From: an uncultured bacterium
Lineage (GTDB): Bacteria; Verrucomicrobiota; Kiritimatiellia; RFP12; UBA1067
DNA length: 64,000 nt
Assembly (NCBI GenBank): GCA_942493055.1
Contig: OW818680.1
Location: 3,590,406-3,654,405 of the forward strand
Direction of reading: 5' to 3'
Part shown: positions 54,146-64,000 of the stretch, one piece after another
How the letters are laid out: every line of letters starts with the position of its first letter
Numbering within the stretch: position 1 is the first letter of the stretch
Made by a program: the position numbers and the translations under genes
Notes under the pieces: generated by a model
The model's database searches: none
What the model was told of the DNA's origin: nothing
The model's input: only the letters and a program-made list of their open reading frames with translations

Positions 54146-57100
54146 TCACACGGAGACAGCTTGGAGGGTGTCGATCAGGAGCAGTGTGCAACGGATGTCG
54201 CGTGCGAAAATTCCTGAGAGGTGCGTGAGCGCTTGACGATAGCTGGTCATCTGGCTGGCATACGTCTCTTGCATGCGCTTTGCAAAATCCGCTTCTGTTT
54301 CGTTGTCGTGCCGGCGGTTGGATTTAAAATCAAGGATCTCGGCTTTGCGCCGGCCTTGTTCTTCAAAGAAGACGACGCGGTCGAAGGTCCCGGAGATCCA
54401 CTGGCCATCAAAGACGAGTTCAAACGATGTTTCGCGCCAGAGATCAACCGTAAAGGACGAACGGCTCAAGGCCGCGCGGAAGGCAGAGGCGCGGGTGAGG
54501 TCGAGATCGTCTTTAGAAATATCCGCTGGCTGACCGGCGTTCTCCTCAAGCCACTCAATCTTGCTGAGGGACGCATGCAACCGCGTGCCGCGCTCGGCTG
54601 CGAACTGGCCAAGCTGCGGCGTGAAGAGTTCGCTGGCCGCTCTACCGTAATGGACAGCCGAGGAGGGCGTGACCCTTCGGATATGCTGCCGCTTGGGACG
54701 GGAGAGCGTCATCACGGCCTGTTGCGGGGCCGCTGAAACAGCGACAGGATGCGCGTGCGTGAACCAGGCCGGGTCGCCGAGTGTCCACGGCAGCCCGCCT
54801 TCTAAAGTGCTCTCGATGTGATTGCTGAAATAGAGCGCCTCAGACTTGGTCTTGGGCGCGGACTTGAGCAGTACGTAGAGGGCGCGCTTGGCGCGGGTCA
54901 TGGCCACGTAGTTCACACAGAGGGCTTCAAAGACTTCGCTGTTCAGCGTGCGCCTGCTGGCCTCTGCGAGGACTTCATCCGCAGCAATGAGCTGCTGTCC
55001 GGGATGGGTCAGCAGCCAGGTATTGTCCGGGCCGCAGAGCACTTCGTCGGGACGCGATGCATCGACTCCGTGATGTTCGATGATTGGAACAAAGACCAGG
55101 TCGAAGCCGAGGCCCTTGCTGCGGTGGATGGTGAGGATCTTGACGGTCGAGGTGTCTGCCACGTCGCGTGTCGTGAAGGCGTCCACAAATTCGGTGAAGT
55201 CGGAGAGTGTGGTCTCCGGGTCTGCGCTTGCAGTGAACTGCGTGGCGGCCTGGAGGAGCGCTTCGAGCCGTGTCTGCGTGAAGCTGTCCGTGCCGCTCCC
55301 GCCAAGCGCCTCGATGTAGGTGCTCAGAGCGCGCGGCAAGCCGAGCCGGGAGACATCCTCCAGCACACGCTGCGAGAGGAGAAGCATCCCTTCTTCTCGC
55401 GGCAGTGCGCACGCTTTTTGGAAAAGGGGCCTGGCGAGCGGCGTGGCGCAGACATGCTCCCAGGCCAGGGTGTTGTCCGGATGTTCCGCGACTTGCAGGA
55501 GGTGGAGCAACGCGGTGACCACGGGCGTGTCGCTGATGGCGCTCTCCCCTTCCCAGACCGCCGGGATGCCTGCTCGGCGAAGCCCCTCTGCAAAGGCTTT
55601 GCCGTGGTCGTTAGCGCGCACCAGGATGGCTGCGCTCAGTCCGCGCGTCCATGGCTGGACTTCATGAAGGTGGTTGCAGGTGGCTTCGATGTAGGGATCG
55701 ATTGCGCTCTCGTCGTTGGCGCTGTCCTTCTCTCGCACGCGGTCGATCTGCACAAAGCCGTCCGGCTGTCTGGAGACGTGTTTGCGCCAGAGGTTCTGCC
55801 ACTTCGCACCGGCCTCGTCTGCGGCTCCGGCGAGGAAGGCGCGGATGCTCGTGCCGTCAAAGATGCGGTTCACGGCTTCGGCGATCTGGGGACAATACCG
55901 GTACGAGGTATTCAGGTCCCCGAGTTCATAGTTGCCGGTGCTGGCCTCTTGCTCGAAGATCGCGACATCGCCCCCGCGCCAGCCATAGATGGCCTGTTTC
56001 ATGTCGCCCACGATGAAGAGCGAGTGGTCGGGCTGGTCTGATTGGAGGGCTTCGTCCACCAGGTTGCGGATCGCGCCCCACTGCGCGTGGGAGGTGTCCT
56101 GGAACTCATCGAGCGCCCAATGGCTGAAGCGGCTGTCAAAGCGGTATTCGATGTTCTGGCGGACCGTCTCGTCGAGGCGGGTGATCAGGCGCGGAATATC
56201 GGCAAAGGTCAGGAGTCCCTGGTTGCGGGTCTTCTGGTTATAGGCCGCTTCGATCTGGAGCATGAGTGCATAGATCCCCTGCGTGGTCTGGCAGCGCGCA
56301 TGGAGCACGAGACCGTAGAGTGTTTCGATCGCCCCTCGGATGAGCCGCGCCTCTTCGCCTGTGAAGCCGCGCTCCATCCGCTGGTACTTCATGATCAGCG
56401 CGTTCTCGTGCTGTCTGTACGCATTCAGCACGTTCTTGATCCCGGCTGTGAGCGATGAGGGGAAGTGGCAGTTGAAGGTGCGGACAAAGTCGCAGAACTG
56501 ATCCCACTGCGCAGCCTCTTTCCCAGTGCCCCACCCGGGACGGATCTCCTCTGCGAGACGGTCTGCGAGCGCTCCAAGCGCGTTTCGGTCAAACCGCTCC
56601 GGAGCCGACAGGAAGGGTGAGCCAGCGGGCCAGATGATCTCGGGCTGACCCCAGGCTTCCGGATTGGGACAGTCGAGAAGGATGTCGTGCCAGGTGTCGA
56701 GGAAAGCGGCGAGCTTCTCGGCAAACGATTTGGTCTCGCGTCCAAAGTTGGCAAGACGGAACGCTTCGAAGAAAAGTTTGCTCTGCTGGCTGGTTGCGGC
56801 GCGACTCAGGACCGCGTGGACGGCCGCGTTCTTTTCACGTTGGATGCGGTAGTCCTCCATGATGGTCATCTGCCCCTGAAGTCCGAGTTCCAGCGGAAAG
56901 GCCTGGACGATCCGGGTCATGAAGCTGTCGATCGTGCCGATCAAGCTGGCATGCTGGGTCGCGATCAGTTTGCGCAGGAGGCCGACAAACGTTTCTCTGG
57001 AAATCGTGGGGCCATATTCCTTGCGGATCACCTGCGCCTGCGCAGGGTCGAGATCCTGGAAGAGATAGCCGGACTCCTCTTTTGCATACGCATCTGAGGA

Positions 57101-57280
57101 GGATGCCTTGGCCAGGCGCTCTGCGATCTTGTTGAAGATTTCGCCTGCCGCGGCGCGCGAGAAGGTGAGGGCCACGACATGGTGAGGCTCGACGTCCAGG
57201 AGCAGGAGACGGATCATGCGCGTGGCGAGCGCAAAGGTCTTGCCGGTTCCGGCGGAGGCTCTGATCAGCGTGTTTTTCAT
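54146..57280 (-). CDS. addA: UvrD-family helicase with a C-terminal RecB-like nuclease (AddA/RexA-type)
   Basis: Walker A ASAGTGKTFAL at the N-terminus with UvrD motifs throughout. C-terminal PD-(D/E)xK-like segment ...VDLWRETSFE...ILDFKSN. Overlaps the addB-like gene by 4 nt. Confidence 0.75.
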   Translation of the reverse strand: MKNTLIRASAGTGKTFALATRMIRLLLLDVEPHHVVALTFSRAAAGEIFNKIAERLAKASSSDAYAKEESGYLFQDLDPAQAQVIRKEYGPTISRETFVGLLRKLIATQHASLIGTIDSFMTRIVQAFPLELGLQGQMTIMEDYRIQREKNAAVHAVLSRAATSQQSKLFFEAFRLANFGRETKSFAEKLAAFLDTWHDILLDCPNPEAWGQPEIIWPAGSPFLSAPERFDRNALGALADRLAEEIRPGWGTGKEAAQWDQFCDFVRTFNCHFPSSLTAGIKNVLNAYRQHENALIMKYQRMERGFTGEEARLIRGAIETLYGLVLHARCQTTQGIYALMLQIEAAYNQKTRNQGLLTFADIPRLITRLDETVRQNIEYRFDSRFSHWALDEFQDTSHAQWGAIRNLVDEALQSDQPDHSLFIVGDMKQAIYGWRGGDVAIFEQEASTGNYELGDLNTSYRYCPQIAEAVNRIFDGTSIRAFLAGAADEAGAKWQNLWRKHVSRQPDGFVQIDRVREKDSANDESAIDPYIEATCNHLHEVQPWTRGLSAAILVRANDHGKAFAEGLRRAGIPAVWEGESAISDTPVVTALLHLLQVAEHPDNTLAWEHVCATPLARPLFQKACALPREEGMLLLSQRVLEDVSRLGLPRALSTYIEALGGSGTDSFTQTRLEALLQAATQFTASADPETTLSDFTEFVDAFTTRDVADTSTVKILTIHRSKGLGFDLVFVPIIEHHGVDASRPDEVLCGPDNTWLLTHPGQQLIAADEVLAEASRRTLNSEVFEALCVNYVAMTRAKRALYVLLKSAPKTKSEALYFSNHIESTLEGGLPWTLGDPAWFTHAHPVAVSAAPQQAVMTLSRPKRQHIRRVTPSSAVHYGRAASELFTPQLGQFAAERGTRLHASLSKIEWLEENAGQPADISKDDLDLTRASAFRAALSRSSFTVDLWRETSFELVFDGQWISGTFDRVVFFEEQGRRKAEILDFKSNRRHDNETEADFAKRMQETYASQMTSYRQALTHLSGIFARDIRCTLLLIDTLQAVSV

Positions 57281-60207
57281 GGCTGGCCTCCCTTCGCGAG
57301 ACGGGCCTTCTGGTCTTCGAGCCAGGCAAGAGAAATGCTCTGTTCAGGGTTTTCCAGAATGAGCGAAGCGAAATCATAAGCCCAGACATCCTTGGGGGAC
57401 GGGGGCCAGTAGAGTCCGGCCTGAAGGCGTTCAACCGCGCGCTGGACCGTGTCGTAGGCGTGGTCGCGATAGCCGGAGAAATCCCAGGTGACACAGCGTG
57501 TCTCATCCGTAGTTTCGCCGAGCACGAAGTACCCGCACTCCACGCGCGCATCATTGGGCACAAGCCCGCCGGCCTGGGCCATCAGCAGATAGAGCGGCAA
57601 CTGCAGGTCTGTCCAGACCCGTTGCTTCTCCTCGAAGGCAAAGGATTCGAAGCCGCGCTCCTCTGCGAAGGTGAGGTCAGCGATGCTGGAGGAGGTGAAG
57701 CGGCCGAGTCCCTCCTGTTTGCCGAGCTTGTCCCAGGTCTTATAGTCGAGGAGGTACCACGTGCCGGTCTGCTTGCAGTAGTCGATGCGGTCGACGCGGC
57801 CGGTGATCTTGAAGGCCTTGAGTGCGAGCGCGAGAGGAAGTTCGATCTGTTCGATCTTCCGTCCGTCGGATCGCAGCTTCGCCTGCTCAGCAGCGAAGAA
57901 GCGCAGACGCTCACAGGCGGAGAGGGTTTGTAGGTGGATGACGGCGGGCAGGTCTTCGCCGAAGAGCGTGCGCACGTTTGTCCAGACTTCAGCCTCAAGG
58001 AATGCTGCGATGGTCTCGGCGTCCGTCTCGTCTTTGAGCGTGGAACGTCCGAACCGCTCCAGAGCGTGATGACAGAGGTTTCCGAAGGTCAGGGCGTCCA
58101 TCTCCGCCACGCGGTCATCACAGGGCTTCATGCGCAGGACATTGCTCAGGTAGAAGGTGAAGGGGCAGGCCAGGTAGGACTTGAAGGAGGTTACGGCGAG
58201 CGTGTCCAAAGGCTTCTGAGGGATCGGCAACGTCAGGCGCCACGCGTCGGGGAGCGAGCGCGGGTGGCCGGTCGCCGAGGTCTCGGCATCGCGGAAGAGC
58301 GCCTTGGCGCGTCGGGCCAGGGTCGCCTCGTCGCAGAGGAAGAGCAGGCGGGAGGGCTTGCGGACATCGTTGCGACTGGAGACGCGTTCGAGGGTGATGT
58401 GCACGGCGTGGGGCGCGCGCGAGGTCAGAAGCGCCTGCAGCAGGCAGGTGTCGCGGGCGGTCCGGCGGTCATTGCTGGTCAGGCCGAGGCCCTTGCGCAG
58501 CGCATCCGGCAGGAAGGCGTGGCCTACGACGGCATCCGGCACGCAGCCCTCGTTGAAGCCGGTGATGACCAGCTCCTGAGCAGGGCTCCAGGGGAGTTCC
58601 AGCCAGCCCTCGGTCAGCAGCACCTCCGGGTCATCGGGTTCGAGCTGGTAGGTGGTCTCTGCGAGAAGGGATTCGAAGAGCTGCGACTGCTGCGCCTCAT
58701 CAAGGGTCGCGGTGACGAGTGGCGAGGTGAATGCCTGGAAGACCTCCTGGGCTGCTGCTGCGGCTGCGGCCAGTTCGCGGTCGCCGGGCTTGGTCTCCTC
58801 CAGCGTGCGGGGCTGGAAGAGCGTCTGGAGCATGGAGGTCAGATGGAGCAGGCGGGTGCGGCCCTTGGGGTCCAGCAGGTCGCGGACGGCTTCGAGCGCC
58901 AGGCGCAGATGGGTCCACTTGCGCTTGGCCTGAGCCGAACGCGCCTCGCCTTCGCAAGCCTGAGCAGCGAAACGGAAGGTCTCCTCCAGCGTCTGCGGCA
59001 GGTGGGTGTTCTGAAGTTCATCCAAGGCGCGGAGGATATCGGTGTAGGCGAACTCCGGGAGCGCTGCAAAGCGGGCTTTGAGCCAGCACATCACATCCGC
59101 CTCGCGCAGGAAGGCGGCGAGGACGGTGAAGCGCGGCTGACTGCAGAGGCGTTCGAGCTGATGGATGAGGCGTCCCAGCGAGGCGGTGGAGAGCGGATAG
59201 GCTGCTGGATTGTGCAGGAGCATGTCATGGGAGAGGAAGGCGGATTGAAGTTCGCTGAAGAGGTTGTCGTCCGCCATGCCGAGCGAGGGGCGCTCCTCCG
59301 AAGGCGGGACAGCGGCGAAGCGTTCGGCCACGAAGCGAGCCTGCTCAGCGCTGTTCGCGGACAGCGTGATGGCATCGTCCTGAAGCAGCAGCAGGGGCGC
59401 CTGGCTCTCCATCCACTGTGCAGGTTCCGGGCGGCCCCAGGGATCATATTTATCCGTGTCAGAAGGTTCGGCATGGATCAGGACCGTGAGCGGGCAAGCG
59501 GCGCTGAGCTTCTCCAGGACGGGATAGAGTGCGGGCTGGGCGTCGACCAAGCCAGGCAGGACGATCCGCTCGATGCCCTCGGGGCGCAGCGGTTGCGCGA
59601 CAGCCTGTTTGCGCAGCAGCGAGGCCGGGGTGCGTCCGTTCGCCTTCAGCACAGAGAAGAAGCGTTGCTCCACTTCAGACAAGTCATTCCAGCGTTCCAC
59701 CTCGACATCCAGGGTTTCATCGGCGAGGAGGGTTGCAATGGAGCCAGCGACATCGTCCATGGCCAAGGCGTTCTCCTGGAGCATGGACCAGAGATCCGTG
59801 AGTTGCCGGGCGACCCCGAGGGCCCAGGAGAAGGATTTCTGGCCTGGCCTGCCTTTCTCGGGGAAGAGATTCGGGAAGTCGTTCAGATCGAGTTCCAGCA
59901 GGAAGCGGCTCAGCAGGGCGATGGTTTCAGCAGGCGTGCACACCGGGAGGTCAGGGGCTTGCGCGGGGACGATCATCTGAGGCGGCAGGCGGATCATGGG
60001 CGGCAGGCAGCCGCCGGTCTGTTCGGCCAGGGCGAGGCGGAGGCGGCGCCCCGCCTGCCGGGTGGGGACGATCACCAGGAGGTGGCTCAGGGATTTGACA
60101 CCTGCCCGTGTGGTGCGGCTCTGGTCAATCAGCCAGGCTGTGACGGCATTGACCAGCGGGATGCGGGGGTTTATAAAGTTTCGGTCCATAAAAGGTTGCC
60201 TACTCAT
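57277..60207 (-). CDS. addB: AddB/RexB-type helicase-nuclease subunit (PD-(D/E)xK nuclease family)
   Basis: 976 aa, operonic with the addA-like gene. C-terminal nuclease-like motif RVDRIDY...LLDYKT and flanking Cys residues, as in AddB Fe-S nuclease domains. Confidence 0.65.
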   Translation of the reverse strand: MSRQPFMDRNFINPRIPLVNAVTAWLIDQSRTTRAGVKSLSHLLVIVPTRQAGRRLRLALAEQTGGCLPPMIRLPPQMIVPAQAPDLPVCTPAETIALLSRFLLELDLNDFPNLFPEKGRPGQKSFSWALGVARQLTDLWSMLQENALAMDDVAGSIATLLADETLDVEVERWNDLSEVEQRFFSVLKANGRTPASLLRKQAVAQPLRPEGIERIVLPGLVDAQPALYPVLEKLSAACPLTVLIHAEPSDTDKYDPWGRPEPAQWMESQAPLLLLQDDAITLSANSAEQARFVAERFAAVPPSEERPSLGMADDNLFSELQSAFLSHDMLLHNPAAYPLSTASLGRLIHQLERLCSQPRFTVLAAFLREADVMCWLKARFAALPEFAYTDILRALDELQNTHLPQTLEETFRFAAQACEGEARSAQAKRKWTHLRLALEAVRDLLDPKGRTRLLHLTSMLQTLFQPRTLEETKPGDRELAAAAAAAQEVFQAFTSPLVTATLDEAQQSQLFESLLAETTYQLEPDDPEVLLTEGWLELPWSPAQELVITGFNEGCVPDAVVGHAFLPDALRKGLGLTSNDRRTARDTCLLQALLTSRAPHAVHITLERVSSRNDVRKPSRLLFLCDEATLARRAKALFRDAETSATGHPRSLPDAWRLTLPIPQKPLDTLAVTSFKSYLACPFTFYLSNVLRMKPCDDRVAEMDALTFGNLCHHALERFGRSTLKDETDAETIAAFLEAEVWTNVRTLFGEDLPAVIHLQTLSACERLRFFAAEQAKLRSDGRKIEQIELPLALALKAFKITGRVDRIDYCKQTGTWYLLDYKTWDKLGKQEGLGRFTSSSIADLTFAEERGFESFAFEEKQRVWTDLQLPLYLLMAQAGGLVPNDARVECGYFVLGETTDETRCVTWDFSGYRDHAYDTVQRAVERLQAGLYWPPSPKDVWAYDFASLILENPEQSISLAWLEDQKARLAKGGQP

Positions 60208-61543
60208 CGTTGGGGATGCGCAGTTCGACGTTCATCATCTCCTCCTCCGCCAGGACGAGCCCCATGCGGACGGTGAAAAAGGTCAGTGACACGGCGACCA
60301 GATAGGAGACGACACCCATGAGATAACCCGGGACGCCGGTGTTGAGGCAGACAAAGAGCGAGCAGACGATGGAGGCCAGGTAGACCGCTTGTCCGGCGAG
60401 GATGGCATTCGGGCGCTTCATCCAGGCTGCGAGCCCCTCAGCGTGTCCGCGGATGGTCTGGATAATCGGCAGGATCGAAATCGTGAGCATGGCGCGCATG
60501 GCAAAGGGGATGTCCTGTGCGGGCAAGTTCTGGATCGTGCCGAAATACCAGCCGGCAATCCAGGGGATTTGTCCCAGGAGGGGCAAGATCATCAGCACAA
60601 GGCCTGCGGCAACTGCGTAGCGGAAAAGATGGTGGCCTCTGCGGTCGGCGGGAGGGAAGGCGAGCACCACGGCCTGCATCCGGATAGCCGCATAGCTGAC
60701 CGGGTTGACAATACCCATGGTGACATAATGGATGGCCAGCATGCGCTCGGCACCCGGGGCGCGCGCAATGAAGGCGCCGACCATGAAGCCGGAAAGCGCG
60801 AGCAGGATACCGCCGAAGGAGATGGGGATGGTGAAGAGGAGTTGGGAGCGGAGACTGGCGACCCGTTCGAGGGCAGGTCTGAGGTTGCGAATATAGGGCC
60901 GCGCAAAACAACCTGCCAGGGCCATCTCCAGAAAAACGGGAACGGTCATGGCCAGCAACCCCATTTTATAACCCACGAGCCCGTAGTGGATGAAAAAGGG
61001 GGCCAGCAAGGCGGTCAGCGCAATGCGGCAGAGTGTTGCCCAGTTCGCGACAGAGCTTGCGCGCGCATTGTAAAGTGCTGTTAACGCGGGCGTTCGCAGG
61101 AAGAAGAAGAGTTGCATGGGAATGGAGAGGAAGAGCACTTCGCGTGCGATACCGGCCATGGGGTCTTTGAGTCCCAGGATGGACTGGAAGATGACGGGGT
61201 GTATGGCGGGCAGGCAAGCGCAGGCCTGTACAATGAGCAAGACAATGGTCATCAGGAGATTCAGTTGTTTGAAGAGGGCAAAGCCCTCCTTTGAGCGGGC
61301 AAAGACCATGCCGGTTGTGAGGAGGCCGCCGCCGCAGGCGCTGATGACAAACATGATGGCCTGCCCTTGTGCAAAGGCTGCCAGCCCCAGCACGCCATTT
61401 TCACCGTGCGATACAATGGACGCGACTAACGGATAGGTCAGGCTTTGGGAGACCGACTGGATAATCAGCGGAATATAAAACTGTGTTGCCCGCAGCGGCG
61501 TGTAATCCGCGTGAGGGCAGGAGAGGTCTAGGGATGTACTCAT
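60200..61543 (-). CDS. Polytopic membrane protein, MOP/MATE-like flippase superfamily (uncharacterised)
   Basis: About 12 predicted TM helices. Start moved to the internal Met (MSTSLD), giving a 4-nt overlap with the upstream acyltransferase gene. Its end overlaps the addB start by 8 nt. Confidence 0.5.
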   Translation of the reverse strand: MSTSLDLSCPHADYTPLRATQFYIPLIIQSVSQSLTYPLVASIVSHGENGVLGLAAFAQGQAIMFVISACGGGLLTTGMVFARSKEGFALFKQLNLLMTIVLLIVQACACLPAIHPVIFQSILGLKDPMAGIAREVLFLSIPMQLFFFLRTPALTALYNARASSVANWATLCRIALTALLAPFFIHYGLVGYKMGLLAMTVPVFLEMALAGCFARPYIRNLRPALERVASLRSQLLFTIPISFGGILLALSGFMVGAFIARAPGAERMLAIHYVTMGIVNPVSYAAIRMQAVVLAFPPADRRGHHLFRYAVAAGLVLMILPLLGQIPWIAGWYFGTIQNLPAQDIPFAMRAMLTISILPIIQTIRGHAEGLAAWMKRPNAILAGQAVYLASIVCSLFVCLNTGVPGYLMGVVSYLVAVSLTFFTVRMGLVLAEEEMMNVELRIPNDE

Positions 61544-62496
61544 GGTTTGCGCTTCACGCTTTGCGCATAGAACGGATAGTCTTTTGGGTCCGCGCCTTCT
61601 GGGATGGCCCGCCACCGTTTATAGGCAAAGAGCCACTGTGTCGGGAAGCGTCTGATGACTTTCGAGGAGGCATCCGAGACGCGCTGTGTGAGGGCCTCCA
61701 AGCTTTCGCCTTCTTCGGGATAGAGAAGGATCGGATCGATGCACCGGTAATGTCCGTCAGGCCGTGCCTGCATATAGGCGACGCCAATGAGCACATCTTT
61801 TTTGATGCGCTGAGCAAAGAAGGCCGGTGAGGGCGCGGTCAGGGAGGGGTGCCCCAGAAATGTCGTCCAGATGCCGCCTTTCGCCTCGTTGAGATACTGA
61901 TCGGCCAGCAAGGCGATGTTGCCGCCCTTTTTAAGCGTACGCAAAAGGGGCATGAGCGCGCCTTCGCTTAAGATGATCTGCTGGCCCAGGCGCGAGCGGA
62001 AAGCATTGAGTTTTTCGGTTGTCGCATCGCTGCCCAGTTGCTTGCCGACGCTCATCAATGTATAGCCGCCGGCGATCACGGCATGGCCGGCCATCTCCCA
62101 GTTTCCGTGGTGCGCAGTCACAATAATTTTAGGTCCGGGACGATCAAGTGTCGCTCGCCAGCCCGGAGCGAGGTCCACCCATGTTCTGACCCGCTCCAAA
62201 CTGGCCTGGCCGAACCAGAACATGTCCAGCAAGACGCGCGCGATGTTCCGGTAGCAACCGATCAGGATGAGCTTTTTGCGTTTTGCGGAGAGGTTTGGGA
62301 AGACATAGTCAATGTTTGCGATGGCATAACTGCGTCCTGCACGGTCGCAGACAGAGGCAACTGACCCCATGACCTTTACGAGCCAAAGGAGCTGCTTGCG
62401 GGTCAGGAAGGGAATCGTCCAAAGGCCGAGCGAAATCGGAAGGATCTCCAACGTGGCTCGAATTTTCCGCCAAAATGTTTTTGGTTTTTTTGCCAT
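61540..62496 (-). CDS. Lipid A biosynthesis (Kdo2-lipid IVA) acyltransferase, LpxL/HtrB family
   Basis: N-terminal TM anchor and the LPLAT fold with the characteristic HHGNWE motif (IVTAHHGNWEMAG); 318 aa. Confidence 0.7.
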   Translation of the reverse strand: MAKKPKTFWRKIRATLEILPISLGLWTIPFLTRKQLLWLVKVMGSVASVCDRAGRSYAIANIDYVFPNLSAKRKKLILIGCYRNIARVLLDMFWFGQASLERVRTWVDLAPGWRATLDRPGPKIIVTAHHGNWEMAGHAVIAGGYTLMSVGKQLGSDATTEKLNAFRSRLGQQIILSEGALMPLLRTLKKGGNIALLADQYLNEAKGGIWTTFLGHPSLTAPSPAFFAQRIKKDVLIGVAYMQARPDGHYRCIDPILLYPEEGESLEALTQRVSDASSKVIRRFPTQWLFAYKRWRAIPEGADPKDYPFYAQSVKRKP

Positions 62497-62527
62497 TCTG
62501 AAGTGTTTCAGGATTTGAACGAGTATA

Positions 62528-63895
62528 TCATACCCCTGTTTGTGAAATACAGAGTAATTTGAGCTCTTCCTCCAGCCTGTCTTCGAGTTGGGCGTCGTAG
62601 AGTTTCTCCAGCAGTTTGCCCATCTCCGGGCCGGGGGTGACGCCGCGCGCCACTAAATCGCGACCGCGGATGAGCGGTTCAGGCAGGATGGGCTCATGGA
62701 TGAACGCGTCGTGGCTGGATTTGAGAAACTGCCAGGTTGAGAAGTCCTTGTTGCTGTGGTGGATGTCGAGCCACATGAGTTCCAGGGAGGCTGTGAAATA
62801 GGTGTTGCCGAGGAGGCGTCTTAACTTGGCCGGCCGCATCTTTTTCGCATCGACAAAGTGCATGTGCTCGGCAACAAGCGCTACGACGGCCTCGATGCAG
62901 GCGGAAGGGAGCTTCATGCGTTCGAGAACGGCATGCGTCAGGATCGCCCCATGGGGGGCATGATTGGGAAAGCGTATGCGAAGCTCGCCTGTTTCGCTGT
63001 CGGGTGCGGTGCAGGAGGTGGATGGCTTGCCGATATCATGCAAGAGCACGCCCAGCATGAGCTGTTCAAAGGGGATGCCAGTCTCGGTTCTGCGCTCGGC
63101 AAGGGTGTCTACCATGAGCAGTGTATGGATCCAGACATCACCTTCAGGATGGTATTTGGGGGGCTGAGCAACCCCCTTCATGGCCGCGACCTCCGGGAGG
63201 ATATAGGCCAGCAGGCCGGATTCGAGGAGAAGATCCAGGCCGATTGACGGCTTGGAGGATTCGCAGAGCATCCGAATAAGCTCCTTCGAGGTCCGCTCTG
63301 CGCTGACACTGCAGATCCAAGAGGCATGGTCCTTGATGGATTTCAACGTCGCTCCATCCAGCTGAAAGCCGAGCACGGAGGCAAAGCGGAGGGCGCGGAA
63401 CATCCGCAGGTGATCCTCCTGAAAGCGTTGTTCGGGATTTCCGATTGTGCGGATGAGCTGTGCGGCGAGATCAGCCCGTCCGTTCACGTAGTCCACAATT
63501 TCGCCTGTTTCCGGTTCTTCAAAGAGTCCGTTGATGGTGAAGTCGCGCCGGGCGGCATCCGCTTCCGCTGTTGTATAGGCTACGGATTCGGGATGGCGGC
63601 CATCCACGTAGGCGCCGTCGGAGCGGAAGGTCGCCACGTCGAAAGAGTAGCCGTCTTTTAGGACAAGGATGACCCCGAACGATTTCCCGACCGCGACTGT
63701 CTGGCCTTGGAAGAGCGCTTCGATCTGGTCGGGCGTTGCGGAAGTTGCGATATCGATATCTTTCAACGGACGTCCGAGCAGTCGGTCTCGTACGCACCCG
63801 CCCGCGAAGAGCGCCTCATGGCCAGCCGCTTGAAGCGCGCGTGTGATGGCGCGCGCGGAGTCGAGCATGGGTATCGAGGCAGGGGATGTATTCAT
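62528..63895 (-). CDS. cca: CCA-adding tRNA nucleotidyltransferase (poly(A) polymerase family head + HD domain)
   Basis: N-terminal GGCVRDRLLGRPLKDIDIAT nucleotidyltransferase motif and a C-terminal HD domain (LLHDIGK). Confidence 0.85.
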   Translation of the reverse strand: MNTSPASIPMLDSARAITRALQAAGHEALFAGGCVRDRLLGRPLKDIDIATSATPDQIEALFQGQTVAVGKSFGVILVLKDGYSFDVATFRSDGAYVDGRHPESVAYTTAEADAARRDFTINGLFEEPETGEIVDYVNGRADLAAQLIRTIGNPEQRFQEDHLRMFRALRFASVLGFQLDGATLKSIKDHASWICSVSAERTSKELIRMLCESSKPSIGLDLLLESGLLAYILPEVAAMKGVAQPPKYHPEGDVWIHTLLMVDTLAERRTETGIPFEQLMLGVLLHDIGKPSTSCTAPDSETGELRIRFPNHAPHGAILTHAVLERMKLPSACIEAVVALVAEHMHFVDAKKMRPAKLRRLLGNTYFTASLELMWLDIHHSNKDFSTWQFLKSSHDAFIHEPILPEPLIRGRDLVARGVTPGPEMGKLLEKLYDAQLEDRLEEELKLLCISQTGV

Positions 63896-63940
63896 GGACT
63901 CATGATAACATGCGCCCCTTTACGACTTCAAGGCTATTGA

Positions 63941-64000
63941 ACGCGGTCTTAGAACTGGAACGAGAGTTCCCAGCGGACGAAGTAGGCGGTGTCATCAGAG
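63941..64000 (-). CDS. C-terminal end of a probable outer-membrane beta-barrel protein; the gene continues beyond the window
   Basis: Minus-strand frame ends ...SDDTAYFVRWELSFQF* with a terminal Phe, the usual OMP C-terminal beta-strand signature. Only 19 codons are visible. Confidence 0.25.

Noticed and set aside
57934-60276. 780-aa plus-strand ORF
   Set aside because: Antisense to the addB-like gene; Gly/Ala/Arg-rich with no motifs. The minus-strand frame has coherent nuclease/helicase features.
1-64000. tRNA, rRNA, tmRNA or SRP RNA genes
   Set aside because: I looked for D-loop/T-loop signatures (TAGCTCAG, GGTTCGAATCC), tmRNA tag frames, and the SRP GGAAGCAGCC motif in all intergenic regions. 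None were present.

Overview
This is a roughly 60% GC bacterial chromosomal segment. Its gene content (PEP-CTERM protein, S46 peptidase, a polytopic membrane protein with TPR repeats, a long Y1/HuH transposase, fused tetrapyrrole enzymes) suggests a PVC-type Gram-negative organism such as a Verrucomicrobia-like bacterium; that assignment is inference only. The housekeeping backbone includes rpmI-rplT, endonuclease III, a XerC/D recombinase, pyrK, a 989-aa Ser/Thr kinase, trmL, RNase P RNA, and proB-tsf-rpsB (read on the minus strand). It also carries a pilB-pilT-pilB type IV pilus ATPase cluster, gatC/gatA/gatB, pgsA, nifU, an S46 peptidase, a sirC-hemA fusion, a hemC(N-terminal)-cobA-hemD fusion, a GH3 beta-glucosidase with a PA14 insertion, a NfeD-SPFH pair, pilD, addAB, an lpxL-like acyltransferase and cca. 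The accessory content is denser than usual. There are three toxin-antitoxin or abortive-infection modules (RelE/Phd, MazEF-like, AbiEi/AbiEii) and a low-GC type II restriction-modification pair directly downstream of gatB. An insertion splits gatC from gatAB. A RAYT-like Y1 transposase is flanked by repeated 'tgtctgtccc' elements. A low-GC islet sits between xerC/D and pyrK with about 1 kb of non-coding, repeat-rich DNA. Several families of short dispersed intergenic repeats built from tandemly duplicated 6-10-mers recur across the window. No CRISPR array, tRNA or rRNA gene was seen. Many long ORFs in the six-frame track are antisense artefacts of high-GC genes and were rejected.
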